Assembly (NCBI GenBank): GCA_013388965.1
Contig: JACAEG010000079.1
Coordinates: 1,292 to 65,291 of the forward strand
Reading direction: 5' to 3'
DNA: 64,000 bases
Source of the DNA: Pseudorhodoplanes sp.
Lineage (GTDB): Bacteria; Pseudomonadota; Alphaproteobacteria; Rhizobiales; Xanthobacteraceae
A model generated the notes under the pieces. The model was not told where the DNA came from and searched no databases. It worked only from the letters and a program-made list of their open reading frames with translations. Below are positions 40,817 to 50,747 of this stretch, one piece after another. Every line of letters starts with the position of its first letter. Within the stretch, counting starts at the first letter, position 1. The position numbers and the translations under genes are program-made.

Positions 40817-40854
40817 TTAACCTCTCGCTAACCATAAACCGGGCAAAAACTGCC
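40817..40854. promoter_or_regulatory. CtrA-like box and ftr-like site upstream of flhA
   Basis: TTAA-N7-CTAAC (40817-40832) and GGGCAAAAACTGCC (40841-40854). Confidence 0.55.
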
Positions 40855-40959
40855 TGGGGAAGGGGTAATGCCACACCGCGCGCTCTACCGACATACCGGC
40901 CTGCTCGAGGCTCTCCGGACCGCGATACCGATGCGCTCCCAGGCAGGTTTGGGCGCATC

Positions 40960-43086
40960 ATGACCGACGTCACCGCGGGAACCGCAAGCGCAGCTCCGAG
41001 CCGCACCCTGTTCGGGTTCCTCCCGCACGGCATTTCCAGCAGGCTCGCGGGCTCCGGCGACATCGTTCTCGCTGCCGGTGTGATGACGATTCTCGTCGTC
41101 CTGATCCTGCCGCTGCCGCCCATCCTGCTCGACATCTTCCTCGCCTTCTCGATCATCACCTCGGTGCTGATCCTGATGACGGCGCTGTTCATCCACGCGC
41201 CGCTGGAATTCTCGGCCTTCCCGACCGTCCTGCTGATCTCGACCATGCTGCGGCTGGCGCTCAACCTCGCCTCCACGCGCCTGATCCTCGCGCATGGCCA
41301 CGAAGGCACCGACGCCGCCGGCCAGGTCATCCAGGCCTTCGGCAATTTCGTGATGAGCGGCAATTTCGTGATCGGGATCATCGTGTTCACGATCCTGGTC
41401 ATCGTCAATTTCGTCGTCATCACCAAGGGCTCCGGCCGCATCGCGGAAGTCGCCGCGCGCTTCCACCTCGATGCCATGCCGGGCAAGCAGATGGCGATCG
41501 ACGCCGACCTCTCCGCCGGCCTGATTGACGAGAACGAGGCCCGCCGCCGCCGCCGGGCGCTGGAGGACGAGAGCGGCTTCTTCGGCGCGATGGACGGCGC
41601 CTCGAAATTCGTGCGCGGCGACGCAATCGCCGGCCTGCTGGTCGTGTTCATTAACGTCATCGGCGGCATGGTGATCGGCATCATGCAGCAGGATATGTCC
41701 TTCGGCGATGCCGCCCACACCTACACCCTGCTCACCGTCGGCGACGGGCTGGTCACGCAGGTGCCGGCGCTGATCGTCTCGACCGCGGCTGGCCTGCTCG
41801 TATCCAAGGCCGGCGTCTCCGGCGCGGCCGACAAGGCGCTGGTCAAGCAATTGTCCGGCTATCCGAAGGCGCTCGGCATGTCAGGCGCGGTCATGAGCAT
41901 CATGGCATTCCTGCCCGGCATTCCCGCGCTGCCCTTCCTGCTGCTCGGCGGCGGCGCGGGCGCGCTCGCCTATTACGTCGACAGGCGTCACAAGGCGGCC
42001 GCTGCCGAGGCGAAGCACCACGAGACCGAAGCGGTCGCAGCGCCCGCCGAAGAGCCGATCTCGGCCGCGCTCAAGATCGACGATCTCAAGATCGAGCTCG
42101 GCTATGCGCTGCTGCCGCTGGTCAACGCCAAGGACGGCAGCGACCGGCTGACCGACCAGATCAAGGCCTTGCGCCGTGCGCTCGCCATCGAGATGGGCTT
42201 CGTGATGCCGGCCGTGCGCATCCTCGACAACGTGCAGCTCGATGCCAACAGCTATGTCATCAAGATCAAGGAAGTGGAGGCCGGCAGCGGAAGAATCTGG
42301 CCGAGCCAGTTCATGGTCATGGACCCCGCCGGCGGACAGGTGAATCTGCCGGGCATCCACACCACCGAGCCGACCTTCGGCCTGCCCGCGACCTGGGTCG
42401 ACGTCGCGCAGAAGGAGGAGGCCTCGATCAAGGGCTACACGGTGGTCGATGCCGCGACCGTGCTGTCGACGCACCTGACCGAGCTGCTCAAGCTCAACAC
42501 CGCCGAGTTGCTCTCCTACGGCGAGGTCCAGAAGCTGATCAAGGACCTGCCCAAGGAACAGGGCGAACTGGTCAAGGACATCATCCCGAGCCAGATCACC
42601 ATGTCGGGCGTGCAGCGCGTGCTGCAGCTCCTGCTGGCCGAGCGCATCTCGATCCGCGATCTCTCGACCATTCTGGAGGGCATCGCCGATGCCCTGCCCT
42701 TCACGCGCAATCCCGCGCATATCGTCGAGCATGTCCGCGTCCGACTCGCGCGCCAGATCTGCGCGCAACACACGACGCCGGCCGGCTATTTGCCGCTCAT
42801 CGCCCTGTCGGCGAAGTGGGAGCAGGCTTTCGCGGAATCGATCGTCGGCCAGGGCGACGATCGCCACCTCGCGATGCAACCCTCGCGGCTTTCGGAATTC
42901 ATCACGCTGGTGCGCGAGCGATTCGAGCAGGCCGCGCGCGAGGGCGAGGCGCCGGTTCTGGTCACCTCGGCTTCGATCCGGCCCTATGTGCGCAGCATCG
43001 TCGAGCGCTTCCGCTCGCAGACCAGCGTCATCTCGCAGGCCGAGATTCACCCCCGCGCGCGGCTGAAGACGGTCGGGAGCATCTGA
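40960..43086 (+). CDS. flhA: Flagellar export apparatus protein
   Basis: FSAFPTVLL, RIAEVAARFHLDAMPGKQMAIDADL and GAMDGASKFVRGDAIAG motifs. Confidence 0.97.
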   Translation: MTDVTAGTASAAPSRTLFGFLPHGISSRLAGSGDIVLAAGVMTILVVLILPLPPILLDIFLAFSIITSVLILMTALFIHAPLEFSAFPTVLLISTMLRLALNLASTRLILAHGHEGTDAAGQVIQAFGNFVMSGNFVIGIIVFTILVIVNFVVITKGSGRIAEVAARFHLDAMPGKQMAIDADLSAGLIDENEARRRRRALEDESGFFGAMDGASKFVRGDAIAGLLVVFINVIGGMVIGIMQQDMSFGDAAHTYTLLTVGDGLVTQVPALIVSTAAGLLVSKAGVSGAADKALVKQLSGYPKALGMSGAVMSIMAFLPGIPALPFLLLGGGAGALAYYVDRRHKAAAAEAKHHETEAVAAPAEEPISAALKIDDLKIELGYALLPLVNAKDGSDRLTDQIKALRRALAIEMGFVMPAVRILDNVQLDANSYVIKIKEVEAGSGRIWPSQFMVMDPAGGQVNLPGIHTTEPTFGLPATWVDVAQKEEASIKGYTVVDAATVLSTHLTELLKLNTAELLSYGEVQKLIKDLPKEQGELVKDIIPSQITMSGVQRVLQLLLAERISIRDLSTILEGIADALPFTRNPAHIVEHVRVRLARQICAQHTTPAGYLPLIALSAKWEQAFAESIVGQGDDRHLAMQPSRLSEFITLVRERFEQAAREGEAPVLVTSASIRPYVRSIVERFRSQTSVISQAEIHPRARLKTVGSI

Positions 43087-43141
43087 AGCGTTCTCGCGCG
43101 AAGTGCGAACCCGTTCCGGCGAGGCGAGGCAGCGGCGTCGG

Positions 43142-43900
43142 CTATAACTGACCCCTGATCCCCAGATCGACCAGCGTCTGCGCGGTCAATTCCCGCGCGG
43201 CCTGGCGCGCGGTCGGCACGTCGCCGGCGCAGATGGAATCGATCAGCTTGTTGCAAAGCAAGCGGCTCTTGCGTCCGTGGCTGCGCTTCAGGGACGCGTT
43301 CACATAGATCAGGGTCTGGTGCATCGTCTTTTCCCAGGTGCCCCGGAGCGCGTTGTTTCCGGCGGCCGCCAGAAGCCAGCGCGAGAGCGCGCCGTTGAAC
43401 GACAGATGTCCTCCGCTGCGCTCGATCTGCTCGAACCCGAGATCGAGGTCGCGCTTGAGGCTCCTGGCGCTTGCTATGGTCTTCTCGGAGACGCGACGCG
43501 CCGCCAGTTCTGCTGCGTATTCGAGCAGGGCGAGCCGAACCTGGAACAGTTCGATCAGCTCTTCCTCGCTCAACGACTTGACGCGCACCCCGTGCCACGG
43601 CGCCCGCTCGGCAAGCCCGTCTGCAACGATCGCCTGCAGAGCCTCGCGGATCGGACCGTTGGAAAATCCGAACTCGTTGCGGAGTTGAATTTCCCTAATT
43701 CTCTCGCCCGGACGATAGGTGCCATCGAGAATGCGCGCCCGCAATACGCCCGCAAGCCAGCCGGTTCGCGAGAACCGCTCGTCGTCGCGCGCGACCGCCT
43801 CCGGCGGCGCGGCCGGGCGACGGACCGAAACGCGGCGCGCCGGGCGGGGCTGATCCTTGGTATCGGACGTATCGATCTTGGGGCGGGACATCGCAGTCAT
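43142..43900 (-). CDS. GntR-family regulator (FCD domain)
   Basis: LRARILDGTYRPGERIREIQL...SNGPIREAL winged HTH and an FCD-type C-terminus. Confidence 0.85.
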   Translation of the reverse strand: MTAMSRPKIDTSDTKDQPRPARRVSVRRPAAPPEAVARDDERFSRTGWLAGVLRARILDGTYRPGERIREIQLRNEFGFSNGPIREALQAIVADGLAERAPWHGVRVKSLSEEELIELFQVRLALLEYAAELAARRVSEKTIASARSLKRDLDLGFEQIERSGGHLSFNGALSRWLLAAAGNNALRGTWEKTMHQTLIYVNASLKRSHGRKSRLLCNKLIDSICAGDVPTARQAARELTAQTLVDLGIRGQL

Positions 43901-43947
43901 TGCCGGACGGAGCCGCGGCGGCGCAGGATACTCGCCGTCGCAGCCTC

Positions 43948-44796
43948 TCAGAAGAAGCGGTCCTTATAGCTGAAACTCTCCTTTTGTGAATGCGCCCAGC
44001 GCCCGAGTTCGTCATGGCGGGCGAACCAGACTTCAGGATGCTGCTGGAGATATTTCACGATCTCCTCGAAGACCGAGGTGATCATCGGACGACCGCCGAA
44101 ATGGGTGTGCAGCGTCAGCACCATCATCGACATCGGCTCGTTTTCGCGCAGATAGTCGAAGGTGCCCTTGTAGACGTCCCAGAGATCACGCGGGCTCGAG
44201 CGCAGCACGCGATTGTCAGTGAAATCGCTGTTGGGCACGGCGGCTATCGGACCGTGCCTGGTCTCGAGCTTGATCGGAAGGTCGGTATACGTCACATCGG
44301 CATGCCAGCCCAGCTTCTGCTCGGCCAGGAAATCGACCGTGTGCTCGGTAAAGGCAAGCACCGACGACAGCCAGCCGGTCGGACGCTTGCCCGCGACATC
44401 GCCGAGCAGGTCGAGGCATTTCCCGATGGTCGCGCGTTCCTCCTCCGGCTCCATATAGGCGAGCAGCGCATCCTGCGTGTAATTGTGGCCGCCCACGTCG
44501 TGGCCCGATTTCACGATTTGCTTGATCGTGTCCGGATGCAGCTCCGCAAGGCGCGCATTGGTGAAGAAGGTCGCCGGTATCTGCAGGCGATCCAGCGTGC
44601 GAATGATGCGCCATACTCCCACACGCGCGCCGTAGGTGGACCATGCCCGCCCCGCGAGATCGACGGTGCCCGGCTTGAGATGGGTCGCCTGCACGGAATA
44701 GCTCGGGGCTTTTCCTTCGCCCCAGGTTTCGTACATCACCGTCACCGCAACGGCGACGCGCTTTCCGTTCGGCCATGAGAGCGCTTTCGCGGACAT
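43948..44796 (-). CDS. Polysaccharide deacetylase (CE4/PuuE-like) family protein
   Basis: WPNGKRVAV, YGARVGVWRI, ATFF, GHDVGGH, LTLH and VWFARHDE; GAGGAGG RBS before 44796. Confidence 0.85.
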   Translation of the reverse strand: MSAKALSWPNGKRVAVAVTVMYETWGEGKAPSYSVQATHLKPGTVDLAGRAWSTYGARVGVWRIIRTLDRLQIPATFFTNARLAELHPDTIKQIVKSGHDVGGHNYTQDALLAYMEPEEERATIGKCLDLLGDVAGKRPTGWLSSVLAFTEHTVDFLAEQKLGWHADVTYTDLPIKLETRHGPIAAVPNSDFTDNRVLRSSPRDLWDVYKGTFDYLRENEPMSMMVLTLHTHFGGRPMITSVFEEIVKYLQQHPEVWFARHDELGRWAHSQKESFSYKDRFF

Positions 44797-44958
44797 TCTT
44801 CCTCCTCGCATGTCGTTGGCGGACCGGCGATGCCTCGAAAGGCCTGCGCCGGACGGCTTGCTTTCCGTTCAATGATTAATTATTAATAATCTTCAAGGCA
44901 ACCCGATTTTCGAGTGCCGAAGAGCCGCCATCAGGCGGCCGGACATGCGGAGGAACCC

Positions 44959-45930
44959 ATGACGCTCATGCATCGCGCGATGCTTGCCGTGCTGCTGCTG
45001 GCATCTGCCCACACCACCGCCGACGCCCAGGCCGCATGGCCGGACCGCCCGATTCGCTTCATCGTCACGTCGGCTGCCGGCGGCGGCATCGATCTGATGG
45101 CCCGCATCCTCGCCGACGGATTGAGCCGGCAGCTTCCAAAACCCGTCGTGATCGAGAACAACGGCAGCGCGGGCGGTCTCGTCGCCACCAAGATGGTCGT
45201 CAATGCGGAGCCGGACGGATACACGTTCCTGTTTCAGGGACCCGGCTATGCCGCGCTCCCCTATATCCATCGCGATCCCGGCTTCGACGTCGACAAGGAT
45301 TTCGCGCCGGTTTCGCTCATCGCGCAGTTCCCGCTCGTGCTGATCACGCGGCCGGCGCTCGGCGTGAAGACCCTCCCCGAATTCATCGCGCTGGTGAAGG
45401 CCAATCCCGGCAAGCACAATTTCGGCTCCAGCGGGGTCGGAGGCGCCTCGCATATTCCGCTTGAGGCGATCAAGGACGAGGCCGGCCTCGACATGGCGCA
45501 TATTCCATTCCGCGGCAGCGGACAGACCACCGGCGCCCTGATCGCCGGGCAGATCGATCTGACGATCGACGGCCTTGCGCCCCAGATCGGCAATATCGAA
45601 GCTGGCACCGTCGTGCCGCTCGCGGTCTCGACAAAGGAACGTGCGCCCTCGATGCCGAACCTTGCGACCATCGGCGAGACGCTGCCCGGATTCGTGTATC
45701 CGATGTGGGTTGCGGTGTTCGCGCCGGGCAAGACGCCGAAGGCCATTGTCGACAAGATGTCGGAGGCGATCTCCAATGCGATCAAGGATCCCGCGGTCAA
45801 GAAGCGCCTTGACGAACTCAAGGTAACCGCGGTCGGCTCGACACCAGCCGAACTCGCCAGGTTCGTCTCCGAGCAACTCGCGTTCAACAAGGCCATCATC
45901 CAGAAGGCCAGGATCCAGAGCGGAAACTGA
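44959..45930 (+). CDS. Tripartite tricarboxylate transporter substrate-binding protein (Bug/TctC family)
   Basis: Signal peptide, WPDRPIRFIV, AGGGIDLMAR, PDGYT and HIPFRGSG. Confidence 0.92.
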   Translation: MTLMHRAMLAVLLLASAHTTADAQAAWPDRPIRFIVTSAAGGGIDLMARILADGLSRQLPKPVVIENNGSAGGLVATKMVVNAEPDGYTFLFQGPGYAALPYIHRDPGFDVDKDFAPVSLIAQFPLVLITRPALGVKTLPEFIALVKANPGKHNFGSSGVGGASHIPLEAIKDEAGLDMAHIPFRGSGQTTGALIAGQIDLTIDGLAPQIGNIEAGTVVPLAVSTKERAPSMPNLATIGETLPGFVYPMWVAVFAPGKTPKAIVDKMSEAISNAIKDPAVKKRLDELKVTAVGSTPAELARFVSEQLAFNKAIIQKARIQSGN

Positions 45931-45955
45931 CGCCCTCGCCGCAAGCAGGCCCCGG

Positions 45956-46420
45956 ATGAGCGAAAAACCGACATCGGCGCAGTCGTTCGAATTGCTGCAG
46001 GCGCTCGCCGGGCTCGAAACCGACTACTGGTACGAGGTCGATCACAACTGGGGTCGCGCCGCCCATGAGTTCTATGTCGCCGACGGCACATTTGCGATCG
46101 GCGACAAGGTCATGAGCGGGCGGGAAGCCATCGCAGGCTTCTATCGCTGGCGCGAGAGCCGGGGCGACCGCACCGCGCGCCACGTCGTCACCAATTTCCG
46201 CTTGCTGTCCCACACCGGCGATGCGGCGACATTTGCGTGCATCATGCTGCTCTACGCGGCGGATGGACTTCCCGTGTTGCCGTCGCTGCCAGCGATCATG
46301 ATCGCCGACGCGGTCGGCGCATGCCGTCGCGACGCCGAAGGTCGCTGGCGCTTTGCAAGCCATCGGCTGATCCCGGTATTCGAGAGCGGTGCGCCGGCGA
46401 CGCTGCCGCCCGAAGCCTGA
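45956..46420 (+). CDS. SnoaL/NTF2-like protein
   Basis: YWYEVD, GREAIAGFY, RTARHVVTN and WRFASHRL. Confidence 0.8.
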   Translation: MSEKPTSAQSFELLQALAGLETDYWYEVDHNWGRAAHEFYVADGTFAIGDKVMSGREAIAGFYRWRESRGDRTARHVVTNFRLLSHTGDAATFACIMLLYAADGLPVLPSLPAIMIADAVGACRRDAEGRWRFASHRLIPVFESGAPATLPPEA

Positions 46421-46451
46421 AGCGATGGATTCCGGCGAAGGGACTCGGCCA

Positions 46452-47171
46452 ATGGCGGGTGCGTCCGTTCTGGCGGATCTCGCGCCGACAGGCCGGCTCC
46501 GCGCCGCCATCAACGTCGGAAACGCCGTCCTTGCCCACCGGGATGGATCCAGCGCGAGCGGGGTGTCGGTGGAACTGGCACGAGCCTTGGCGCTGCGACT
46601 GGGAGTCGATCTCGATCTTGTGATCTTCGATGCGGCCGGTAACGTGTTTCAGGCGCTCGACCAGGGCCTGTGGGACATCGCTTTTCTGGCCATCGAACCT
46701 GCGCGAGCGGTCGCCATCGACTTCACCGAGCCCTATGTCCTGCTCGAGGGCGTCTTTGCCGTGCCGCAGGAATCCGCAATCCGACATCCGGACGAGGTGG
46801 ACCGCGACGGTTGTCGCATCTCGGTGGCGCGAGGCTCCGGCTACGATCTTTTCCTGTCCCGCACGATCCGCAGGGCCACGCTCGTCCGGTGGAATACCGG
46901 GCAGGAATCGATGCGGAAATTCGTCAGCGAGGAACTGGAAGCTTCCGCCAATATCCGGCCCATGATGGAGGAGTTTCTTGCGCTGAATCCGGGATACCGG
47001 TTGGTCCTTCCGGCCTTCATGACGGTTGAGCAAGCGATGGCCGTTCCGAAGGGACGCACCGCGGGAGCCGACTACGTCAAGGCATTCTTGCGCGAGATCA
47101 AAGCCTCGCGCTTCGTCGCCGAGACCCTTGTCCGGAGCGGTCAGCCGGCAGCGCTGGCCGCGCCATTGTGA
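46452..47171 (+). CDS. Polar amino-acid ABC-type substrate-binding domain protein (no obvious signal peptide)
   Basis: LAPTGRLRAAINVGN, WDIAFLAIEPAR, FTEPY and QAMAVPKGR. Alternative start at 46425. Confidence 0.8.
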   Translation: MAGASVLADLAPTGRLRAAINVGNAVLAHRDGSSASGVSVELARALALRLGVDLDLVIFDAAGNVFQALDQGLWDIAFLAIEPARAVAIDFTEPYVLLEGVFAVPQESAIRHPDEVDRDGCRISVARGSGYDLFLSRTIRRATLVRWNTGQESMRKFVSEELEASANIRPMMEEFLALNPGYRLVLPAFMTVEQAMAVPKGRTAGADYVKAFLREIKASRFVAETLVRSGQPAALAAPL

Positions 47172-47180
47172 CGAGACCCA

Positions 47181-47228
47181 CGAGCCCCAACGCGAGCCCC
47201 AACGCGAGCCCCAAGACGAACCCCAGGC
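47181..47228. repeat. 12-bp tandem repeat (about 4 copies)
   Basis: CGAGCCCCAACG x2, then CGAGCCCCAAGA and CGAACCCCAGGC. Confidence 0.8.
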
Positions 47229-47478
47229 CGCGCCCTCAACCGCATCCTGAGGCGACAGGTCCGGGATCAGGCATGCGCCTGGAGCGACATTCCGACGCAC
47301 ACCGGCAGGGTGCCGAAACCGCAATTCTTGCGCGGCCTGCGGCCGCCAATGCGGAAGCACCGACCATCAGCACTCGGCCAGAGGCCCCCGCCCGGCAGCG
47401 GCCGAGCTGACAAGCCGATGAAATACCGGCGCTTTCCGTCAAACCCCGCAATTTTCAATAAATTGTGAGGCCTCTCCC

Positions 47479-47503
47479 GGAACCGCCGGTGGCTTCTTAC
47501 GTT
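47479..47503 (+). promoter_or_regulatory. EcfG-type promoter
   Basis: GGAAC-N16-CGTT about 140 nt upstream of the 73-aa gene. Confidence 0.55.
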
Positions 47504-47642
47504 TTTACCGTATCAAGGGGATTGGGTGGTCTGACGGCGCGCACCGGCTTACCGGTACGTGCACGGGGTCACTCGTTCCGGAAAGCCGATTTGAACCTTT
47601 TCTCAGGGCGCGGCGACGAAAGGATAACCGGGGAGTGGTGTC

Positions 47643-47864
47643 ATGAACAACTCTTCTTTGACGAGCGCGGATCGCGCAACGCATGTGAAGATCGTGGCCG
47701 TTTCCTTGATCGCCGGCATGCTGGTGATCGGCGTGGGCATCGCCGCCCGTTCCGATCTCGGCGTCGCGACCGGCGCAAAAGGCCAGCTCGAAGCGACCGG
47801 TCCGATCATCAAGGTCGGCAAGCCGACTGCCATCACGTCGAGCGGCACGTCCGCCGTCCGCTGA
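47643..47864 (+). CDS. Small single-TM hypothetical protein
   Basis: GGAG RBS; ADRATHVKIVAVSLIAGMLVIGVGIAAR hydrophobic segment; followed by a terminator. Confidence 0.75.
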   Translation: MNNSSLTSADRATHVKIVAVSLIAGMLVIGVGIAARSDLGVATGAKGQLEATGPIIKVGKPTAITSSGTSAVR

Positions 47865-47903
47865 CAAGGTTTCCGCTCAGGGCTTGAACCTCCCTGATGC
47901 TTT

Positions 47904-47931
47904 GGGCGCGTCCTCAGGGGCGCGTCTTTTT
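47904..47931 (+). terminator. Rho-independent terminator
   Basis: GGGCGCGTCC-TCA-GGGGCGCGTC followed by TTTTT. Confidence 0.6.
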
Positions 47932-50556
47932 CATGCGCAATCGCCGCCACCAGCCGCGGGGCCGCTCGTCCTGGATCGATTCGCGCAACTCCCGCCTGCT
48001 TCGACGCGCATATTGCAGTCCGGCGATTCCCGCCGCGACCAGAAGCGCGATCGCCGCCGGAATTGCGCGCGAGGGCCGCTCCGCCGGCTCGAGCAGCGCC
48101 ACCACCTCGTAGCCCGCTTCCAGCCCGATGCGCTTGGCATAGGAGCCGAATGCGACATTAGAAATCGTGACCTTGTCGCCGAGCGGTGTGACGCCCAGCC
48201 CGACCGCGCGCAGCCGCATGCGCGGCTCCTGCGGGTCGCCAAGCGGAATACTCACGGTCTTTCGGACCGTCTCGCCTTCGAGATTCATGCCCTCCACGAC
48301 AATGGTAAGCCGCTGATCCTCCGGCGCCTGCTGGACCTTGGTGAGGAGCTCGGAGGCCGGGCGCTCGACATAGGCGGGATAGAAGCGATCGAGCCACCAG
48401 CCGGGACGGAACAGCGTGAAGCAGCACAGCAGCAGCACGGCCGATTCCCAGAGATACGACCTCGTGACGAACCAGTTCATTGTTGCCGCGGAGAACAACA
48501 GGATCGCTGCGAGCGCGACAAAGCACACCCAAATGAGATGTCCCCAGCTCCCGATATCGATCAGCAGGATTTCCGGATTGAAGATGAACACGAAGGGAAG
48601 GATCGCCGTGCGCAGCGAGTAGATCGCGCCCTGGAAACCGGTGGCGATCGGATCCTCCTTCGAGATCGCCGCCGCCGCGAAGGCGGCAAGCCCGACCGGC
48701 GGCGTGATGTCCGCCATGATGCCGAAATAGAACACGAACAGATGCACCGCGATCAGCGGGATGGCGAGCCCGGCCTGCGCGCCAAGCTCGACCACGACGG
48801 GCGCCATCAGCGTCGCGACGAGGATGTAGTTTGCTGTGGTCGGGATGCCCATGCCGAGGATGAGCGAGATCGCCGCGATCAGCAGCAGCATCAGGATCAC
48901 GTTGCCGCCCGACAGGAATTCGACGAATTCCGTCATCATCAGGCCGAGGCCGGTCAGCGTGATGGTGCCGACCACGATGCCCGCGGTTGCGGTCGCGATC
49001 GCGATTCCGATCATGTTGCGCGCACCGAGTGCGAGGCCGTCCACGAGATCGTGCATGGCGGAGCGGGTCGCCGCCGCGACGTCCTGCCTGCGAAAATAGG
49101 CGAGCAGCGGCTTGCGGGTCGCGACGATGCCGAGAATCGTGACCGTCGCCCAGAAGGCCGACAGGCCCGGCGACAATTGCTCGACCATCAGGCACCACAG
49201 CAGCACGACCAGCGGAATGAGGAAGTCGATGCCGGTGCGCGTCACGTCCCAGGCGCGCGGCAGATGCGTGATCGGGGTGTTGGGATCGTCGAGCTTGAGA
49301 TCCTCGTGATGCGAGGCATACCAGATCGACCAGGCATAGACGGCAAGGCCCGCGCCGCCGATCACCCAGGGCGCCGCCGCGCCGAACAATTGCTGGCTGA
49401 ACTCGATGCCGTACCAGAGGATGCAGAGAACGGCGACGGTGCCGGAGAGGCCGAGCCCCGTCCGGTACAGCCGTTCCTTCATCGGTCGGTATTCGCGCGC
49501 GATCGGAGCCGCGCCGATTTTCACCGCTTCCAGATGCACCATGTAGAACAGCGCAATGTAGGAGGCGATCGCCGGCAACGCCGCGTGCTTGACGATTTCC
49601 GAATAGGGAATACCGACATATTCCACCATCAGGAAGGCGGCGGCGCCCATCACCGGCGGCATGATCTGGCCGTTGATCGAGGATGATGCCTCGATCGCGC
49701 CCGCCTTCACGCCCGAAAGGCCGGAGCGCTTCATCAGCGGGATGGTGAAGATGCCGCCCGAGACGACATTCGACACCGAGGAGCCGGACACGACGCCGTT
49801 CAGCGCCGATGACACCACCGCGACCTTGGCCGCGCCGCCGCGGAAATGGCCGAGCAGCGCGATGGAAATCTGCATCATCCAGTTGCCGCCGCCGGCCTTG
49901 TCGAGCAGCGTGCCGAACAGCACGAACAGGAACACGAAGCTCGTCGAGACACCCAGCGCGACCCCGAACACGCCCTCGGTCACGAGCCACTGGTGCGTCA
50001 GGAACCGCGACAGCGACGCACCCTTGTGCTGCAGCGTTTCAGGCATGTAGGGCCCGGCAAAGGTGAAAAGTATGAAGAAGGCCGCCACGAATACCATGGG
50101 CAGGCCCAGCGAGCGGCGCGTGGCTTCGAGCAGCAGCAGGATGCCGGCGCCCGCAGTGACGAGGTCCATTGTCGTCGGCTGGCCGGGCCGCAGGGCCAGC
50201 TCGCGATAAAACAGGAAGAGATAGCCGCCGGCAAAGGCGCCTGCGAGCGCGAGCACCCAGTCGATCGCCGGGACATGGGCGCGCGGCGACGACTTGAATG
50301 CCGGATAGGCGGTGAATGCAAGAAACAGCGCGAAGGCGAGATGGATCGAGCGCGCCTCGGTATCGTTCAGCACTCCGAAACCGACCATGAAGGGCAGCGG
50401 CGAGGCATACCAGAGCTGGAACAGCGACCAGGCGACCGCGACAATCAGAAGGATCTGCGCCGCAACGCCGGTGGGATTGCGTCCGCCGACGTCAACATCC
50501 GCAACGAGTTGCTCGAGATTGACGTCCGGCGCCTTGCTGCTTGCCAGTTCGGTCAT
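47914..50556 (-). CDS. TRAP transporter fused 4TM/12TM permease (TAXI-type)
   Basis: Many TM segments, GQIMPPVMGAAAF, GMGIPTTANY and ADITPPVGLA. Confidence 0.93.
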   Translation of the reverse strand: MTELASSKAPDVNLEQLVADVDVGGRNPTGVAAQILLIVAVAWSLFQLWYASPLPFMVGFGVLNDTEARSIHLAFALFLAFTAYPAFKSSPRAHVPAIDWVLALAGAFAGGYLFLFYRELALRPGQPTTMDLVTAGAGILLLLEATRRSLGLPMVFVAAFFILFTFAGPYMPETLQHKGASLSRFLTHQWLVTEGVFGVALGVSTSFVFLFVLFGTLLDKAGGGNWMMQISIALLGHFRGGAAKVAVVSSALNGVVSGSSVSNVVSGGIFTIPLMKRSGLSGVKAGAIEASSSINGQIMPPVMGAAAFLMVEYVGIPYSEIVKHAALPAIASYIALFYMVHLEAVKIGAAPIAREYRPMKERLYRTGLGLSGTVAVLCILWYGIEFSQQLFGAAAPWVIGGAGLAVYAWSIWYASHHEDLKLDDPNTPITHLPRAWDVTRTGIDFLIPLVVLLWCLMVEQLSPGLSAFWATVTILGIVATRKPLLAYFRRQDVAAATRSAMHDLVDGLALGARNMIGIAIATATAGIVVGTITLTGLGLMMTEFVEFLSGGNVILMLLLIAAISLILGMGIPTTANYILVATLMAPVVVELGAQAGLAIPLIAVHLFVFYFGIMADITPPVGLAAFAAAAISKEDPIATGFQGAIYSLRTAILPFVFIFNPEILLIDIGSWGHLIWVCFVALAAILLFSAATMNWFVTRSYLWESAVLLLCCFTLFRPGWWLDRFYPAYVERPASELLTKVQQAPEDQRLTIVVEGMNLEGETVRKTVSIPLGDPQEPRMRLRAVGLGVTPLGDKVTISNVAFGSYAKRIGLEAGYEVVALLEPAERPSRAIPAAIALLVAAGIAGLQYARRSRRELRESIQDERPRGWWRRLRMKKTRP

Positions 50557-50590
50557 GTCGCACCTCTTCGCACCGAATGGTCAGCATCTC

Positions 50591-50664
50591 ACTCCATGCG
50601 TCCCGCAAAGCGGGGACCCGGATTCGATGCACTGGATACCCGCTTGCGCAGGCATGAGCGGGAG
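50591..50664. repeat. REP-like palindromic intergenic element
   Basis: Two imperfect inverted arms, CCCGCAAAGCGGGGACCCGG and CTGGATACCCGCTTGCGCAGGCATGAG, resembling alphaproteobacterial REP doublets. Confidence 0.55.
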
Positions 50665-50700
50665 CACGGTGGCTGATCCGAATTTCCCGCCCTTGAACCG

Positions 50701-50728
50701 AAAAGGGCAGGACGCGCGCGCCCTGCCC
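50701..50728 (-). terminator. Terminator/attenuator after the TAXI gene
   Basis: Minus strand GGGCAGGGCGCGCGCGTCCTGCCC followed by TTTT. Confidence 0.6.
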
Positions 50729-50747
50729 CCCTGGAAACCGCGGCTGC

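Noticed and set aside
43087-43125. Degenerate rhizobial palindromic repeat after flhA
   Set aside because: Short, weak resemblance only, and a single copy in the window.
47181-47228. Possible CRISPR array
   Set aside because: Contiguous 12-bp units without spacers; no cas genes in the window.
47884-49990. 600-aa and 610-aa ORFs overlapping the TRAP permease
   Set aside because: Shadow frames of a clearly recognisable transporter gene.
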